DNA of 64,000 nucleotides from an uncultured delta proteobacterium (GTDB lineage: Bacteria > Desulfobacterota > Binatia > Bin18), in the NCBI GenBank assembly GCA_963733195.1, contig CAVTCR010000065.1:64001-128000 (forward strand). Direction: 5' to 3'. The notes beneath the pieces are model-generated. The model saw only the letters and a list, made by a program, of their open reading frames with translations. It ran no database searches and was not told the origin of the DNA. The position numbers and the translations under genes are program-made. This document shows positions 19,323-30,662 of the stretch, in pieces (position 1 is the stretch's first letter; every line of letters begins with the position of its first letter).

Positions 19323-20333
19323 AAAGAGCGAAAGTGCTGCTGCGGTAATTTTCTGCGCGTTTGGGAGGTAGTGATCTTCCAGCGGTGGACTGAAAGGTAC
19401 GGGGGTATGCGGTGCCGTCACCATCTTGATCGGCCCGTTGAGATAATCAAAGCCTTTGTCTGCCACAAGTGCTGCAATGTCTGTGGCCATACTGCACCGT
19501 GGATGAGACTCATCGACTACTACTAAGCGTCCGGTCTTTTTGACTGATCCCAGAACAGTTTCTTCATCAAATGGAGAAAGTGTGCGTGGGTCGATGACTT
19601 CGGTGCTCCTTCCCTGTTTTTGCAAATCATCGGCAGCCTTGAGCGCATGATGGACCATCTTGCCGATCGCAACGATGGTCAGATCATCTCCTGGACGCTT
19701 GATGTCAGCTTTGCCGAGCGGAATAGTATACGGTTCTTCTGGCACCGGCCCTTTCATCGCTCCCAGAGTGATATCTTCAAAGAAAATGACCAGATCGTCG
19801 TCGCGAATCGATGAGATGAGAAGTCCTTTGGCATCGTAGGGCGTTGAAGGGACGACTGTCTTCAAGCCTGGGATGTGGGTAAATAGTGAATATAACACTT
19901 GCGAATGTTGGGCGGCAGCACGATAGCCACCACCGCAGATGGTACGAATGACGACCGGCACTTTGGCTTTGCCACCAAACATGTAACGGAGCTTCGCACC
20001 TTGATTGAGCAGTTGATCGAAGCACACACCCATAAAACCGACGAACATCATCTCCGCAATCGGCCGCAGGCCGGTTACTGCGGCACCGACAGCAGCGCCG
20101 ATAAAGCCCGACTCACTAATTGGCGTATCGATGATGCGCTCACGGCCAAATTCTTTGACCAACCCTTTAGTGACACCCAAAACACCACCCCATGCCTCGT
20201 CACCCTGGAGATGATCAACGTCGGCTCCGCCCGCGACATCTTCACCCATCAAGATGACCTTGGGATCACGTTGCATCTCTTGGCGCATGGCTTCGTTGAG
20301 TGCTTGTCCGAAGTTTAATTCTCGCTCAGCCAT
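19320..20333 (-). CDS. acoB: TPP-dependent acetoin dehydrogenase E1 beta subunit
   Basis: MGEDVAGG..AWGGVLGVTKGL..DTPISE..AAQHSQ..PVPFSPPLE. Confidence 0.92.
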   Translation of the reverse strand: MAERELNFGQALNEAMRQEMQRDPKVILMGEDVAGGADVDHLQGDEAWGGVLGVTKGLVKEFGRERIIDTPISESGFIGAAVGAAVTGLRPIAEMMFVGFMGVCFDQLLNQGAKLRYMFGGKAKVPVVIRTICGGGYRAAAQHSQVLYSLFTHIPGLKTVVPSTPYDAKGLLISSIRDDDLVIFFEDITLGAMKGPVPEEPYTIPLGKADIKRPGDDLTIVAIGKMVHHALKAADDLQKQGRSTEVIDPRTLSPFDEETVLGSVKKTGRLVVVDESHPRCSMATDIAALVADKGFDYLNGPIKMVTAPHTPVPFSPPLEDHYLPNAQKITAAALSLF

Positions 20334-20360
20334 TTTTCCCCCTCTCCAAGCTCCCCACCT

Positions 20361-20434
20361 GGGGGTTGGGGATTAGGGGCTAGGGGTTGGTGGGGATTTT
20401 TTACTAACCCCTAACCCCCAGCCCCTAGCCCCTA
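20361..20434. repeat. heptamer tandem/inverted repeat, second copy
   Basis: GGGGTTGGGGATTAGGGGCTAGGGG ... CCCCTAACCCCCAGCCCCTAGCCCCTA between acoA and acoB. Confidence 0.85.
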
Positions 20435-21400
20435 GTAGTTGACGTAGACATCCGTGAACGTCTCTTTCACATCCGGGAACGGGCTTTCCTCGGCGAATTT
20501 TACGGCATCGTTGATTTGTGTGGCGACACGATCGTCGATCGCTTGCAAGGCGGACTCGCTCACTATACCACGCGCAATGACACTATCCTTAAAAAGTTTG
20601 ATTGGGTCCCGCTCTTTCTGGAATTTTTCCTGATCAGCAGCGATTTTGTAAGTCTGGGCGTCGCCCTCGAAGTGCCCGTTGAAACGATAGGTCTTACATT
20701 CCAATAATGTTGGACCTTGTCCTGCCCGTGCTCGTCTGATGGCCTCACCAGCGGCTTCATACACCGCGAAGATGTCATTCCCGTCGATAGTTACACCCGG
20801 CATGTTATAGGCTGCAGCCCGGTCAGCAATGTTCTCGACGCTGCAGTGATAATGAGCTGGGGTGGATTCGGCGTATCCGTTGTTCTCGGCGACAAAAACG
20901 ATGGGCAACTTCCAAATCGCCGCGAGGTTAAGACTTTCGTGCAAAGTTCCTTGTTCAGAGGCACCGTCGCCGAAGAAACAGATAGTGACTTGATCGGTTT
21001 TGTTGAGTTTAGCCGTCAGGCCAGAACCGCAAGCAAGGGGAGGGCCCCCGCCGACAATGCCATTAGCACCGAGCATTCCTTTATCCATATCGGCAATATG
21101 CATGGAACCGCCTTTGCCTTTGCACGTGCCTGTCGCCTTTCCAAAGAGTTCCGCCATCATTCCGCGTGGGTCCACACCTTTAGCGACGCAATGGCCGTGG
21201 CCGCGATGCGTCGAGGTCATGTAATCAGCATCGGTCAGATGCGCGCAGATACCGACTGCAATCGCCTCTTCCCCGGCGTAGAGATGCACGAAACCGGGAA
21301 TCTTGGCTTTGCCAAACTCCACTTTAACGCGATTCTCGAAGGTTCGTATGAGCTGCATCCGCTCATAGATCCACAGCAGTTTGTCCTTACTGATGTCCAT
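20432..21400 (-). CDS. acoA: TPP-dependent acetoin dehydrogenase E1 alpha subunit
   Basis: IPGFVHLYAGEEA..STHRGHGH..GGSMH..FFGDGA..ENN..GHFEGDAQTY. Confidence 0.93.
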   Translation of the reverse strand: MDISKDKLLWIYERMQLIRTFENRVKVEFGKAKIPGFVHLYAGEEAIAVGICAHLTDADYMTSTHRGHGHCVAKGVDPRGMMAELFGKATGTCKGKGGSMHIADMDKGMLGANGIVGGGPPLACGSGLTAKLNKTDQVTICFFGDGASEQGTLHESLNLAAIWKLPIVFVAENNGYAESTPAHYHCSVENIADRAAAYNMPGVTIDGNDIFAVYEAAGEAIRRARAGQGPTLLECKTYRFNGHFEGDAQTYKIAADQEKFQKERDPIKLFKDSVIARGIVSESALQAIDDRVATQINDAVKFAEESPFPDVKETFTDVYVNY

Positions 21401-21542
21401 GCGTGGTCCCTCCTTCACGGACAGCCAAGTGAGAAACTGTCGCGGTTCATAGCATGAAAGTGAGCGAAGGGTCTACCTGCGTTCGGTAGATCGGCCAAAT
21501 ATTAGCTTTTTCACGTAGGGCAGTCATGCTAGGGTCGCACGT

Positions 21543-22112
21543 ATGAATACCGCACGACGTCGAGCGACGTATGAAGATTTACTGAAAGTCCCTGACATCC
21601 TCATCGCTGAGATTTTTGATGGAGAGTTGGTGACATCTCCACGCCCTGCGTTTCCTCACGCTCGTGCGACCTCTGTCATCAGAGTAGATATTGATCCCTT
21701 TGATCGGCGGTCTGGCGGTCCTGGCGGACCGGGTGGCTGGTGGATTCTCTTTGAGCCCGAGTTGCATCTGGGGGCAGACATCCTTGTTCCCGATCTTGCT
21801 GGTTGGCGCCGAGAGCGTATGCCTGTTCTCGCAGACGAGCCATATAGTAAACTCGCACCAGATTGGGTATGTGAAGTGGTGTCACCTGGTACTGCGCGTA
21901 TCGATCGGGTGCGCAAGATGCCTATCTACGCGCGTGAACGTGTCGGCTATCTCTGGCTGGTTCATCCCGGCTTGCAAACGTTAGAGGTCTATCGCTTAGA
22001 AGGCCAACGGTGGATGGTCGCAAGTTCCCATGTCGGAGCTGAAGGCGCACGCGCGGAGCCATTCGAGGCGATTGAGCTTGACATGAGCCGTTGGTGGCTG
22101 GAAGAAGCCTAA
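21543..22112 (+). CDS. Uma2/DUF820 family endonuclease-like protein
   Basis: ATYEDL..AEIFDGEL..PRP..H..EPELHL..VPDLAGWR..APDWVCEVVSP..D..K..YAR. Confidence 0.93.
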   Translation: MNTARRRATYEDLLKVPDILIAEIFDGELVTSPRPAFPHARATSVIRVDIDPFDRRSGGPGGPGGWWILFEPELHLGADILVPDLAGWRRERMPVLADEPYSKLAPDWVCEVVSPGTARIDRVRKMPIYARERVGYLWLVHPGLQTLEVYRLEGQRWMVASSHVGAEGARAEPFEAIELDMSRWWLEEA

Positions 22113-22306
22113 GCCTAATACCCCAATTCTTCGCTCCACATTTCGGTTTCTTGCCAGGCTTCGGCATTGATGAGTAAGAACGGGACCACATTGGATAACC
22201 TAATTCCCAGGATGACCCAGGCCCAATTTCATCAGAGGGAAAAAAGCGCAACGTGTGACTTCGCAAACTATAACGGTTGGGCGAAGTAGGGATACAGCAG
22301 GAAACT

Positions 22307-22801
22307 ATGCAGATCTCACTAATTGACGCGAGAACATCCGCGGTTGACCGCGCGTGGCTGACGAACGTGTATCCATTGTATCTCCACGATTTATCAGAGT
22401 TTGACGAGGAGTATTATCGACTGACCGACCACGGCCTGTGGGAACCTGACTATCTACCTTCTTGGCTCGACGAACAGGATGATTGGCCACTGCTGATTAT
22501 GGCCGACAGGCAACGGATCGGCTTTGCGTTGGTGAACCAGGCCCCAAGTCCCCACCTGACACCGGGCATGGATTACCGGATGAGCGAATTCTTCATTCTT
22601 CGTCGTTATCGCAGGGGTGGCGTTGGAAAACGTGCGGCTTTTGCGGTCTTCGATCGGTTTCCGGGGCAATGGGAGTTGAGTGAGTTACCGCGGAACACAG
22701 GAGCCATCGCTTTCTGGCGGCGGATCATCGCGGAGTACACCGGCGGACACTATACTGAACAGCGCATTAACGGCGCAGTGCAGCAGTGTTTTCACACCTG
22801 A
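22307..22801 (+). CDS. GNAT family N-acetyltransferase
   Basis: YLHDLSEF..IGFALV..MSEFFILRRYRRGGVG..N..AIAFWR. Confidence 0.9.
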   Translation: MQISLIDARTSAVDRAWLTNVYPLYLHDLSEFDEEYYRLTDHGLWEPDYLPSWLDEQDDWPLLIMADRQRIGFALVNQAPSPHLTPGMDYRMSEFFILRRYRRGGVGKRAAFAVFDRFPGQWELSELPRNTGAIAFWRRIIAEYTGGHYTEQRINGAVQQCFHT

Positions 22802-22827
22802 CAATATCCATATTTAAGGAAGTCACC

Positions 22828-24230
22828 ATGCTGAAATTTTCGGGAGGGTTGTGGGGGTTTGCCTTGGTGCTCTTTTGTCTGATGGGTTGGGAGGGACAAG
22901 CGATGGGCCAAGTGAAAGGAACCGCTACGTACCGGGAGCGTATGGCGCTGCCGCCCGATGCGGTGTTTGAAGCTACGCTGGAAGATGTCTCAAAAGCCGA
23001 TGCCCCGGCTGACGTGATTGGCCAAGCCCGCCTCGACCGGCCCGGCAATCCGCCGTTTCGGTTCGAGATTCCCTATGACCCTTCACGTATCAATCCGCGC
23101 CACCGGTACGTAGTGCGGGCTCGTATCCTGGTTAGTGGAAAGCTGTTCTTCACCACCGACCAGAGTTACCCCGTGCTCACCGGGGGGCACGGCAATGAGG
23201 TGGCGCTGCTGTTGCGCCGGGCGGGCTCTTCGGGTCCGGTTGGTAAAGGTGCTGAGCCTTTGGGGACTCTGCCCGCGACCTTTGTCGGTGATCTGCCCTG
23301 TGCCGATTGCTCGGGCATTCGCCATCAACTGGAACTGTTTCCGGACCAGGCTTTCTTCCTGACGAATGACGTACCTTGGCAAGGGCGAGGACGCTCTCTT
23401 CGATGACATCGGCAGCTGGATGGTTGCGAGCGATCAGCGCACCTTGGTGCTCTTCGGCGGCCGAGAGGCACCGCTGAAGTTTGCTATTAAGGATGCCAAT
23501 ACGCTGCGCAAGCTGGACCTGGAGGGACGCGAGATCGCTTCGTCACTTAACTACGACTTGAGAAAGACTCAGGACCTAGCAGCCCCTGGAACCGCGGTTG
23601 CGGATGCGTGGGATGTACAAGTACTTCGCTGATGCCGGGCGGTTTACCGAATGCCTGACCCGTCAGAACTGGCCGGTAGCCCAGGAACAGGACAATGCGG
23701 CGTTGGAGTCCGCCTATGCCAAGGCCCGGCGCCAGCCAGGCGAGGAACTACTCGTGAACGTGGAAGGGCGTGTGGCGCTGCGGCCCAAGATGGAAGGCGC
23801 AGGGCAGCAATCTACGCTGGTGGTCGAGCGGTTCAGTGGCATCTGGCCTGGAGAAACCTGCGGGACGCGCTTCGCCACCGAGCCACTGGAAAACACCTAC
23901 TGGAAACTGACCCGCCTGGGCGATGCAGCCGGTCATGGTGGGCGAGAAGCAACGGGAACCGCATTTCATTCTCAATTCGGAGACTCGGCGCGTCGGTGGC
24001 TCGGGGGGCTGCAACCGGCTGGTGGGCAGCTACGAGTTAAAGGGCGACAAGCTGACCTTCGGCCAGATGGCGGGCACCATGATGGCCTGTCTGGAAGGCG
24101 GCGACACTGAGAAGGCATTCCTGGGGGCGCTGGGGCAAGTGAGCAATGGAAGATCGTGGGACAACACCTCGAGTTGTTTGACGCCGCTGGCACCCTGCTG
24201 GCCCGCTTTGAAGCCCGTCACATGAAGTGA
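22828..24230 (+). CDS. YbaY(YscW)-NlpE-META multidomain envelope protein (frameshifted)
   Basis: GTATYRERMALPPDA (YbaY), FVGDLPCADCSGI (NlpE-N), MRGMYKYFADA..ECLT (NlpE-C), LENTYWKL..GSGGCNRL..GTMMAC (META), in successive frames. Confidence 0.88.
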
Positions 24231-24370
24231 TCTAGTCGCCATAGTTTCTGGAGAATCCCTCAGCCGAAATGCTAAGAGTCACTCCTGCCGGGGGCATCGA
24301 CAGGTACCGTCGCTACTACATGAGTCAAAGTAACAAGGCCGACCTGGCCGGTTAGCGTCTTCCTGCGTTC

Positions 24371-27300
24371 TCATGTACGTAGCGCCTCAAGGAGCGCCTT
24401 CGCCTCTTGCAGATCGGTCGTATCAAACCCTTCGGTGAACCAGCCATAGATTTCTGCCAGAAGTTCTCTGGCTTTTTTCTCTTTCCTTGTTGCTGCCATA
24501 ACCGACTCAGGCTCATCGCTGCCCGTAACTCTAACGATTTTGCGTCTTGCTGGCGAGCAATCTCGATCGCTTTGTGAAAACACGCTTCGGCCTCCGCCTG
24601 CGCGGAACGATGAACGATGAATGATGAGGGATGAATAGGGGAAGCTGCTCGTCCCTTTTTCTTGGTTTTCCGTTCATCATTCTGCATTCTGCGTTCTGCG
24701 TTCAGAAGTAGCTCACCCTTGAGGCGGTACACCTCTGCTGCCCAAAAGGCAGTGGCACTCGTCTCAGTCGTGTGCAACGCTTCCGCTATTGTGGCCAGCC
24801 CCTCCTCGACGCGATCCACTTGCTGATAGGCGTCCGCCAGAGAAGAGAGATGTAGGGGAAACAAGTGCAATATCTCAGCTCTACGATACTGCGCTACCAT
24901 TTCCGCAAGCAGGGAGATCCCTCCTTCAGGCTCTCCACGCCGCACTCGGATACAGGCGAGAAGAATATCTCCCGCCCTGATAAACTCCACGACGCCGTCT
25001 TCACGCGCTAAACTCGCACCTTCCTCAGCAAACCGCTCTGCGTCATTGACTTCACCGCACCAGAGGTGAACCCGCGCCGCATGAATAACGGCTAGGATGA
25101 GCGAGAAGCGATGATCCAGCTCCCTGGCCTGGTGACACGCTTGGTGCGCACGGGCGCGCGCTTGATCAGGCCATCCTGCCAACCACAAGCTCCAGCACGA
25201 GACGGCACCAGCCGTCACCGCTGGATCTATACCAAAGCGTATCACGAGCTCTTGGTGCCACTGGGGATTGTACAGTTCCAACACCCGGGCATGATACTCT
25301 AGGGCTTGTCTCAATGCTCCGCGCGCCATGCTGCTTGTACCCAGATGGGTGTGCAGTTGAATCGCTAACATAGGCTCCTGGATACGTCCCAGCAGACGAA
25401 GTTCTTCACCCATGAGCTGCTCGATGGCTTCGCGGTCCGCCCGTCGATCGTAAAAGCGGCCCAGGCCCACCAGCACGGACACCAACGTCGCGTCGTCGTT
25501 GAGCGCCTGACAGAGTTCGCGGGCACGCGCGAGATTCTGTACTAACTCGTCCGTCCCAAAACCTCGGCTTGCGGTGAGGGTCGCAGAGAGAATCATGCGT
25601 AGCGCCAGCTCCTGCCGCTGACGCTCGGGTGTGTCGGGCAATCGCTCCAGCAGGGCGAGCCCTTCGAGACAATGGTCGGTCGCTTGCTGATAGGCACTGC
25701 GTCGGAGTGCACTCTCTGCGGCCTGGCCATGATACTGCGCTGCCCGCCGGTAATCCCGCCCCTCGGTGAAATGGGCTGCCAATTCACTGGCACTCTCCGC
25801 TGCCCGCGCCCCATAATGTTCCTCTTTCCACTCCCCCAACTGCCGGTGCAACCGTATCCGCTGCCCCTGCCCCAGCTGCTCATACACCACCTGCTGATAC
25901 AAAGCATGCCGAAACTCGTACCGCACCGTCACTATCCCCTCTACCTCCTCAGCAAGCCCGACCTCCGTAATGAGCTGTTCCTGGCTGGGCTAAGCGGTCA
26001 TACCCCGCTTCCACTTCTTCGAGGGGCCGTTCCAGCACGCCCGCCATCTCGGCCGCCGTGAACGTCATCCCGCCCACACTCGCCACTCTTATAGCTGTTG
26101 CTCGTCCCCCGCTAAGCGCTCGAGCTGCCGCAGAATCACTTTCTGCAGTTGGTGGGCACGAGCCGTTTGAGGGTGCTGCGGTCCGCTGTATCTTTACCTG
26201 CCGTCACCTTCACTGAGTACCTCCTGCTGCAGCAGCGCGTCCACAAAACTCACCAGAATAAGGCATTGCCTGGTCGGCGGTAGAGCAGCTGGCTGAGCTC
26301 TGTGAGCGCGGCACTCCGACCAAAGCGCTGCACCAGATACTCCTCCGCTTCTGCTTCGGTGAAAGGGTCGAGCCCTAGTTCCTCACATTGCCGCCGTCCA
26401 GCTAGTTCCTGCACGACCTGCCGCAACGGATGTACTCTCACCACCACGTCTGCGGACCGATACGTTCCCAAAATGTACACCTGCACCGACCGCCGTCGCT
26501 GCGCCAAATACTCTATGGCCGCCAGGGTGGCGCCATCACTCCACTGTAAGTCCTCTAGGACCAGCACCAGGACGGAGTCAGCGGCGAGTGCCTCCACCGC
26601 CTCGGCGAATTCTCGTAACATGCGCTCCTGCCCGCTGCTCTGTACCTGACGCTGTACCGCTTCCTGCTCATCCGCTGGCAACAGGCCAGCGAACTGCACC
26701 AGCCATAGCGGTGCATAGCGGCGCAGCACGGCCAGGATCTCCTCACCATGCGGCCCCTTACACAACTGCCCTAACGCCTCCAGCAGCGGTAAATAGGCTT
26801 CGCCCGGCCCATAGTGTTCAATACATTGCCCGCGGCCAATCCGCACCTGTCCGTCTCCCCGTACTTGATCAAGCAAGCGATCGACCAAGGTGGTCTTGCC
26901 GATCCCGGGCTCGCCGAAGAGGAACACCGTCTGGCGCTCGCCTCGTCGCACACGTTCGAATAACTCACGCAACCGGGCCAGTTCCCGCTCGCGGCCCACA
27001 AAATAAGTTGTCCGTTGCCCGTTCGCAGTTCGCAGTTGTTGAGAGGGAGAGTGCGGCGGTGGGCTACTGGCGACTGGGTACTGACTATTGACTTCTGGCT
27101 GGGTAGTCGTGAGCGAGGCGATGAAGCGATACCCCTGTCTGCCCACTGTCTCGATAAACCGTGGGACAATTGGGTCCTCCTCCAACGCTTGCCGCAACTC
27201 CCGCACACAGACTCTGAGGACCGTCTTGGTGACGTAGATGTCAGGCCATATGCGTTTGAGCAACTCCTTGCTGGTAATGATCTGGCCCGGCCGCTCGGCA

Positions 27301-27449
27301 AGGTAGCGCAAGACGGTTAAGGGCCGCGGCCGCACGGCCATCAAACGGTCTCCCTGCCACAGCCGCTGGGTTCCTTCTACGCGAAAGGGCCCGAAGTACA
27401 GGTCAGCCGCAGTCTGCGTCTGGGTCGGCAGTTGTCTCCTCTGCGCCAT
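24371..27449 (-). CDS. winged-helix (OmpR/ToxR-type) - AAA ATPase - TPR transcriptional regulator (frameshifted)
   Basis: [56 protein letters not shown]-terminal [17 protein letters not shown]. Confidence 0.9.
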
Positions 27450-27492
27450 CACGACTTTCTTCTTGTCCTCCTTTGCCCCTTCCTGTGTACCC

Positions 27493-27525
27493 AATCTGAA
27501 CCGAAATCTGAACGATAACCCGAAC
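27493..27525. promoter_or_regulatory. direct repeats, candidate wHTH binding site
   Basis: AATCTGAAC (27493), AATCTGAAC (27505), AACCCGAAC (27517), 12-bp period, in the divergent promoter region. Confidence 0.55.
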
Positions 27526-27625
27526 TATAGCTACTACTCCTGAACCATAGCCAGACATAAAGTATCCGCCAGGAAAGGGCAACTCTTGCGTGCGGCGATG
27601 AAGCAACAGGGATGAAGGCAGGACT

Positions 27626-27652
27626 GCTGGCACGCGGTAACCGCGTGCCAGC
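27626..27652. repeat. perfect 13-1-13 palindrome
   Basis: GCTGGCACGCGGT-A-ACCGCGTGCCAGC. Confidence 0.6.
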
Positions 27653-27963
27653 GACTTATGGCGCTCGAAACTGACAACGGAGGAGAAACCGTGAACGACA
27701 GGAGATTGTCTCAAGCGAGGCCAAAGGCGGTTCGGCGGTCTCGAGCGGAGGGAAGACCATTATGACCATAGCCGAACTCATATCCTTATGCCGCTTGGAG
27801 GAGACGCCAGCACGGTGAGATCGCCGGTGGAGTAACAGTGGAGCGATGAAGAGGCCCTGGCAGGGCAGTACACCATCAAGAGAAAGAGGAGTCTAAGATG
27901 TCGAAAAGAGATCCCCCTACGAACACGCTGCACACGGTCACAATCGCCTGCAACGGGACAACC

Positions 27964-28010
27964 CGTTCGTGCTGAGTCCTGAGCCCAGTCGAAGGATCGA
28001 AGCACGAACG
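27964..28010. repeat. palindromic REP-like element
   Basis: CGTTCGTGCT...CCTGAGCCCAGTCGAAGG...AGCACGAACG. Core is related to the reverse complement of CCTTCGAC..GCTCAGGAC at about 33675. Confidence 0.6.
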
Positions 28011-28043
28011 ACTGAGAACAACTAAAATTAAAAGGAGACTCCT

Positions 28044-29558
28044 ATGGCAGAGCAAACACAAAAGAAGCCGAACATTCTCGTTATCTGGGGCGATGACATC
28101 GGCGTCCACAACATCAGCGCCTACAACCACGGCGTCATGGGTTACCGCACGCCCAACATCGATCGCATCGCAAGGAGGGCGCGCTCTTCACCGACGCCTA
28201 CGCGCAGCAGAGCTGCACCGCCGGCCGGGCGTCGTTCATCCTCGGGCAGCACCCGTTCCGAACCGGACTTCTCACCATTGGGATGCCGGGATCGGAGCAC
28301 GGGATCCCGGACTGGTCGCCGACCATCGCCGACCTGCTCAAGGAGCAGGGCTATGTCTGCGGCCAGTTCGGCAAGAACCACCTCGGCGACCGTGACAAAC
28401 ACCTGCCGACCGCGCACGGCTTCGACGAGTTCTTCGGCAATCTCTATCACCTCAATGCCGAGGAAGAACCCGAGACCTACTACTACCCGAAGAATCCCGA
28501 GTTCAAGAAGAAGTACGGGCCGCGCGGCGTGCTCCACTCATTTGCTGGCGGCAAGATCGAAGATACCGGCCCGCTCACGACGAAGCGCATGGAGACAATC
28601 GACGACGAGATCCACGGCGCCGCCAAGTCCTTCATCGATCGCTCGGTCAAAGATGGCAAGCCGTTCTTCGTGTGGTTCAACACGACGCGCATGCACGTCT
28701 GGACCCACCTGAAGAAAGAGACCTATGGCCGTACCGGCGTCGGCATCTACGCCGACGGCATGTGCGAGCTCGACGACAAGGTCGGCGCTCTGCTCAAGCA
28801 GCTCGATGACCTGAAGATCGCCGACAACACCATCGTGGTGTTCTCGACCGACAACGGCGCCGAGACATTTTCCTGGCCCGATGGCGGGACGACTCCTTTC
28901 CACGGCGAGAAGGGCACCACCTGGGAAGGAGGTTTCCGCGTGCCGCTGGTCGTGCGCTGGCCGGGCGTCATCAAGCCCGGCACGATCTACAACGACATCA
29001 TCTCGCAGGAAGACTGGATGCCAACGCTGCTCGCGGCGGCAGGCGAGCCGGACATCGTCGAGAAATTGAAGAAGGGGTACAAGGCCAACGGGAAGACCTT
29101 CAAGATTCACGCCGACGGCTACAACTTCCTGCCCTATTTCAAAGGAGAGGTGAAGACGGGGCCACGCCAGGAGATCTACTACTTTAGTCAGGGCGGGGAG
29201 TTGAACGCCATTCGCGTCCTAAACTGGAAGATTCATTTCGCCACCCAGGTCGGCAACATCGCGACCGGGACGCGCTCGACACCTGGCTGGCCGCTGCTCG
29301 TCAACCTGCGCGCAGACCCCTACGAGAAGGGTCCCGAACGAGGCGGACCTTGGGGTACCTCCGTTGGTACGGGGACAACCTGTGGACCTTTGTTCCCGCC
29401 CAGGAGTACATCAAGAAATTCCTGGCGACCATCCCGACTACCCATTCCAGGAAGGCAGCAGCCTGAACGCCGCGGGAATCAACTACCAGACCTTGAAGGC
29501 GGGCGCGGCCCTGAAACGCCTGCACGAACTCGAGACGCTCTCGCTTCCGGCAGCCTGA
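28044..29558 (+). CDS. arylsulfatase (frameshifted)
   Basis: [31 protein letters not shown] (Cys-type FGly motif), [33 protein letters not shown]. Confidence 0.93.
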
Positions 29559-29724
29559 GCGATTCTGTGTACAGAGGCGGACGTACTCGGCGTGGGTCTC
29601 CTGATCCCGCCGAAAACGCCGACCGTAGGTCTCTGGTGCACCCAGTGGAACGGTCAAGAGACCGAGCTGCAGGTCATCAGGCAGCGGCGGTACATGGTTC
29701 CGTCGCTGCCCCAAGGAGCACAAC

Positions 29725-30597
29725 GTGGAAAATCTCCCGGCTTATGTCAAACTCCTCTCCTTCCTCTTCATCATCATTTATATGATCTCGGTCATGTTAG
29801 AGACGACCCGCAGGGACCTGATCGAAACGCTCGGGGATTGGAGCCTGACGGGCCGGGCGCTGGTGGCCAACGTCGTGCTGGTCCCACTGCTCGGCCTTGG
29901 CCTGGCACAACTGTTCGAGTTGCGCCCGGAAGTGCGCCTCGGCTTCCTCTTGCTCGCCCTCACCCCGGGGGGGCCCTTTGCCCTGCAATTCGCCCGTGTC
30001 TCCAAAGGCAATCGTGTCCTTGCCGTAGCACTCTTAATTCTCCTGTCCATCGTCGCTGTTTTATTTACGCCGACGCTCTCCGAGTGGCTCTTTCCCCCGG
30101 GAACAGGTAGGGTGCCGTTCGTGTGGCTGCTCATGCTGTTGCTAGTGCTGATTATCGCGCCGCTGCTAGTGGGGCGGGCGCTGCAGCGACTCATGCCCGA
30201 GATTGCGCCAAAACTCGGCCGCTTCCTAGGCACGTTGTCGATCGTGATCTTCATCATCGGGGCAGTGAGTACCGGGAGGTACAAAACGCCGGCCGTCAAG
30301 TCAATGGGCGTGGAGGGGCTCGTGGCGATTATCGCCTTGACCGCCGGCGCATGGATTATCGGCTGGCTGCTGGGTGGGCCGGAGATCAGAAATCGCAAGG
30401 TGTTCGCGATCAGCACGAGTATGCGGAACGTCGGAGTGTGTTTCCCGATCGCGGTCAACTACTTTCCCGGCACGGAGGTCGTTGCCCCCATCCTGGCCTT
30501 CAGTGGTATTTCGATCCCGATGAATATGCTATTCGCGCTCATCACGGGCCGTACGTTGCGTGACCCGGAGGCAAGCGCCAGACCGGTCAAGGCGTGA
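29725..30597 (+). CDS. bile acid:sodium symporter (BASS) family transporter
   Basis: ALVANVVLVPL..PGGPF..KGN..GWLLGGP..TSMRNVG. About 9 TM segments. Confidence 0.85.
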   Translation: MENLPAYVKLLSFLFIIIYMISVMLETTRRDLIETLGDWSLTGRALVANVVLVPLLGLGLAQLFELRPEVRLGFLLLALTPGGPFALQFARVSKGNRVLAVALLILLSIVAVLFTPTLSEWLFPPGTGRVPFVWLLMLLLVLIIAPLLVGRALQRLMPEIAPKLGRFLGTLSIVIFIIGAVSTGRYKTPAVKSMGVEGLVAIIALTAGAWIIGWLLGGPEIRNRKVFAISTSMRNVGVCFPIAVNYFPGTEVVAPILAFSGISIPMNMLFALITGRTLRDPEASARPVKA

Positions 30598-30662
30598 ATT
30601 CAAGAGTCGTCAGGATAAACAAAAAGAAGATAAAAGGCGCAGCGGTACGGGAGGAGACACTG

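Noticed and set aside
19245-20434. CRISPR array or eukaryotic telomere contamination
   Set aside because: Units are 7 bp without spacers, form inverted arms and sit inside an intact bacterial operon. No cas genes are present.
18270-21400. acoABX without acoC/acoL as a novel complex
   Set aside because: E2/E3 genes are often encoded elsewhere, which cannot be judged from this window.
20717-21457. Long antisense ORFs (for example 20717..21457, 29778..30458, 4434..5072, 3227..3874)
   Set aside because: They are shadows of well-supported genes on the opposite strand with no recognisable motifs.
27626-27652. sigma54 promoter at TGGCACGCGG
   Set aside because: No TGC at the -12 position. The sequence is one arm of a perfect palindrome.
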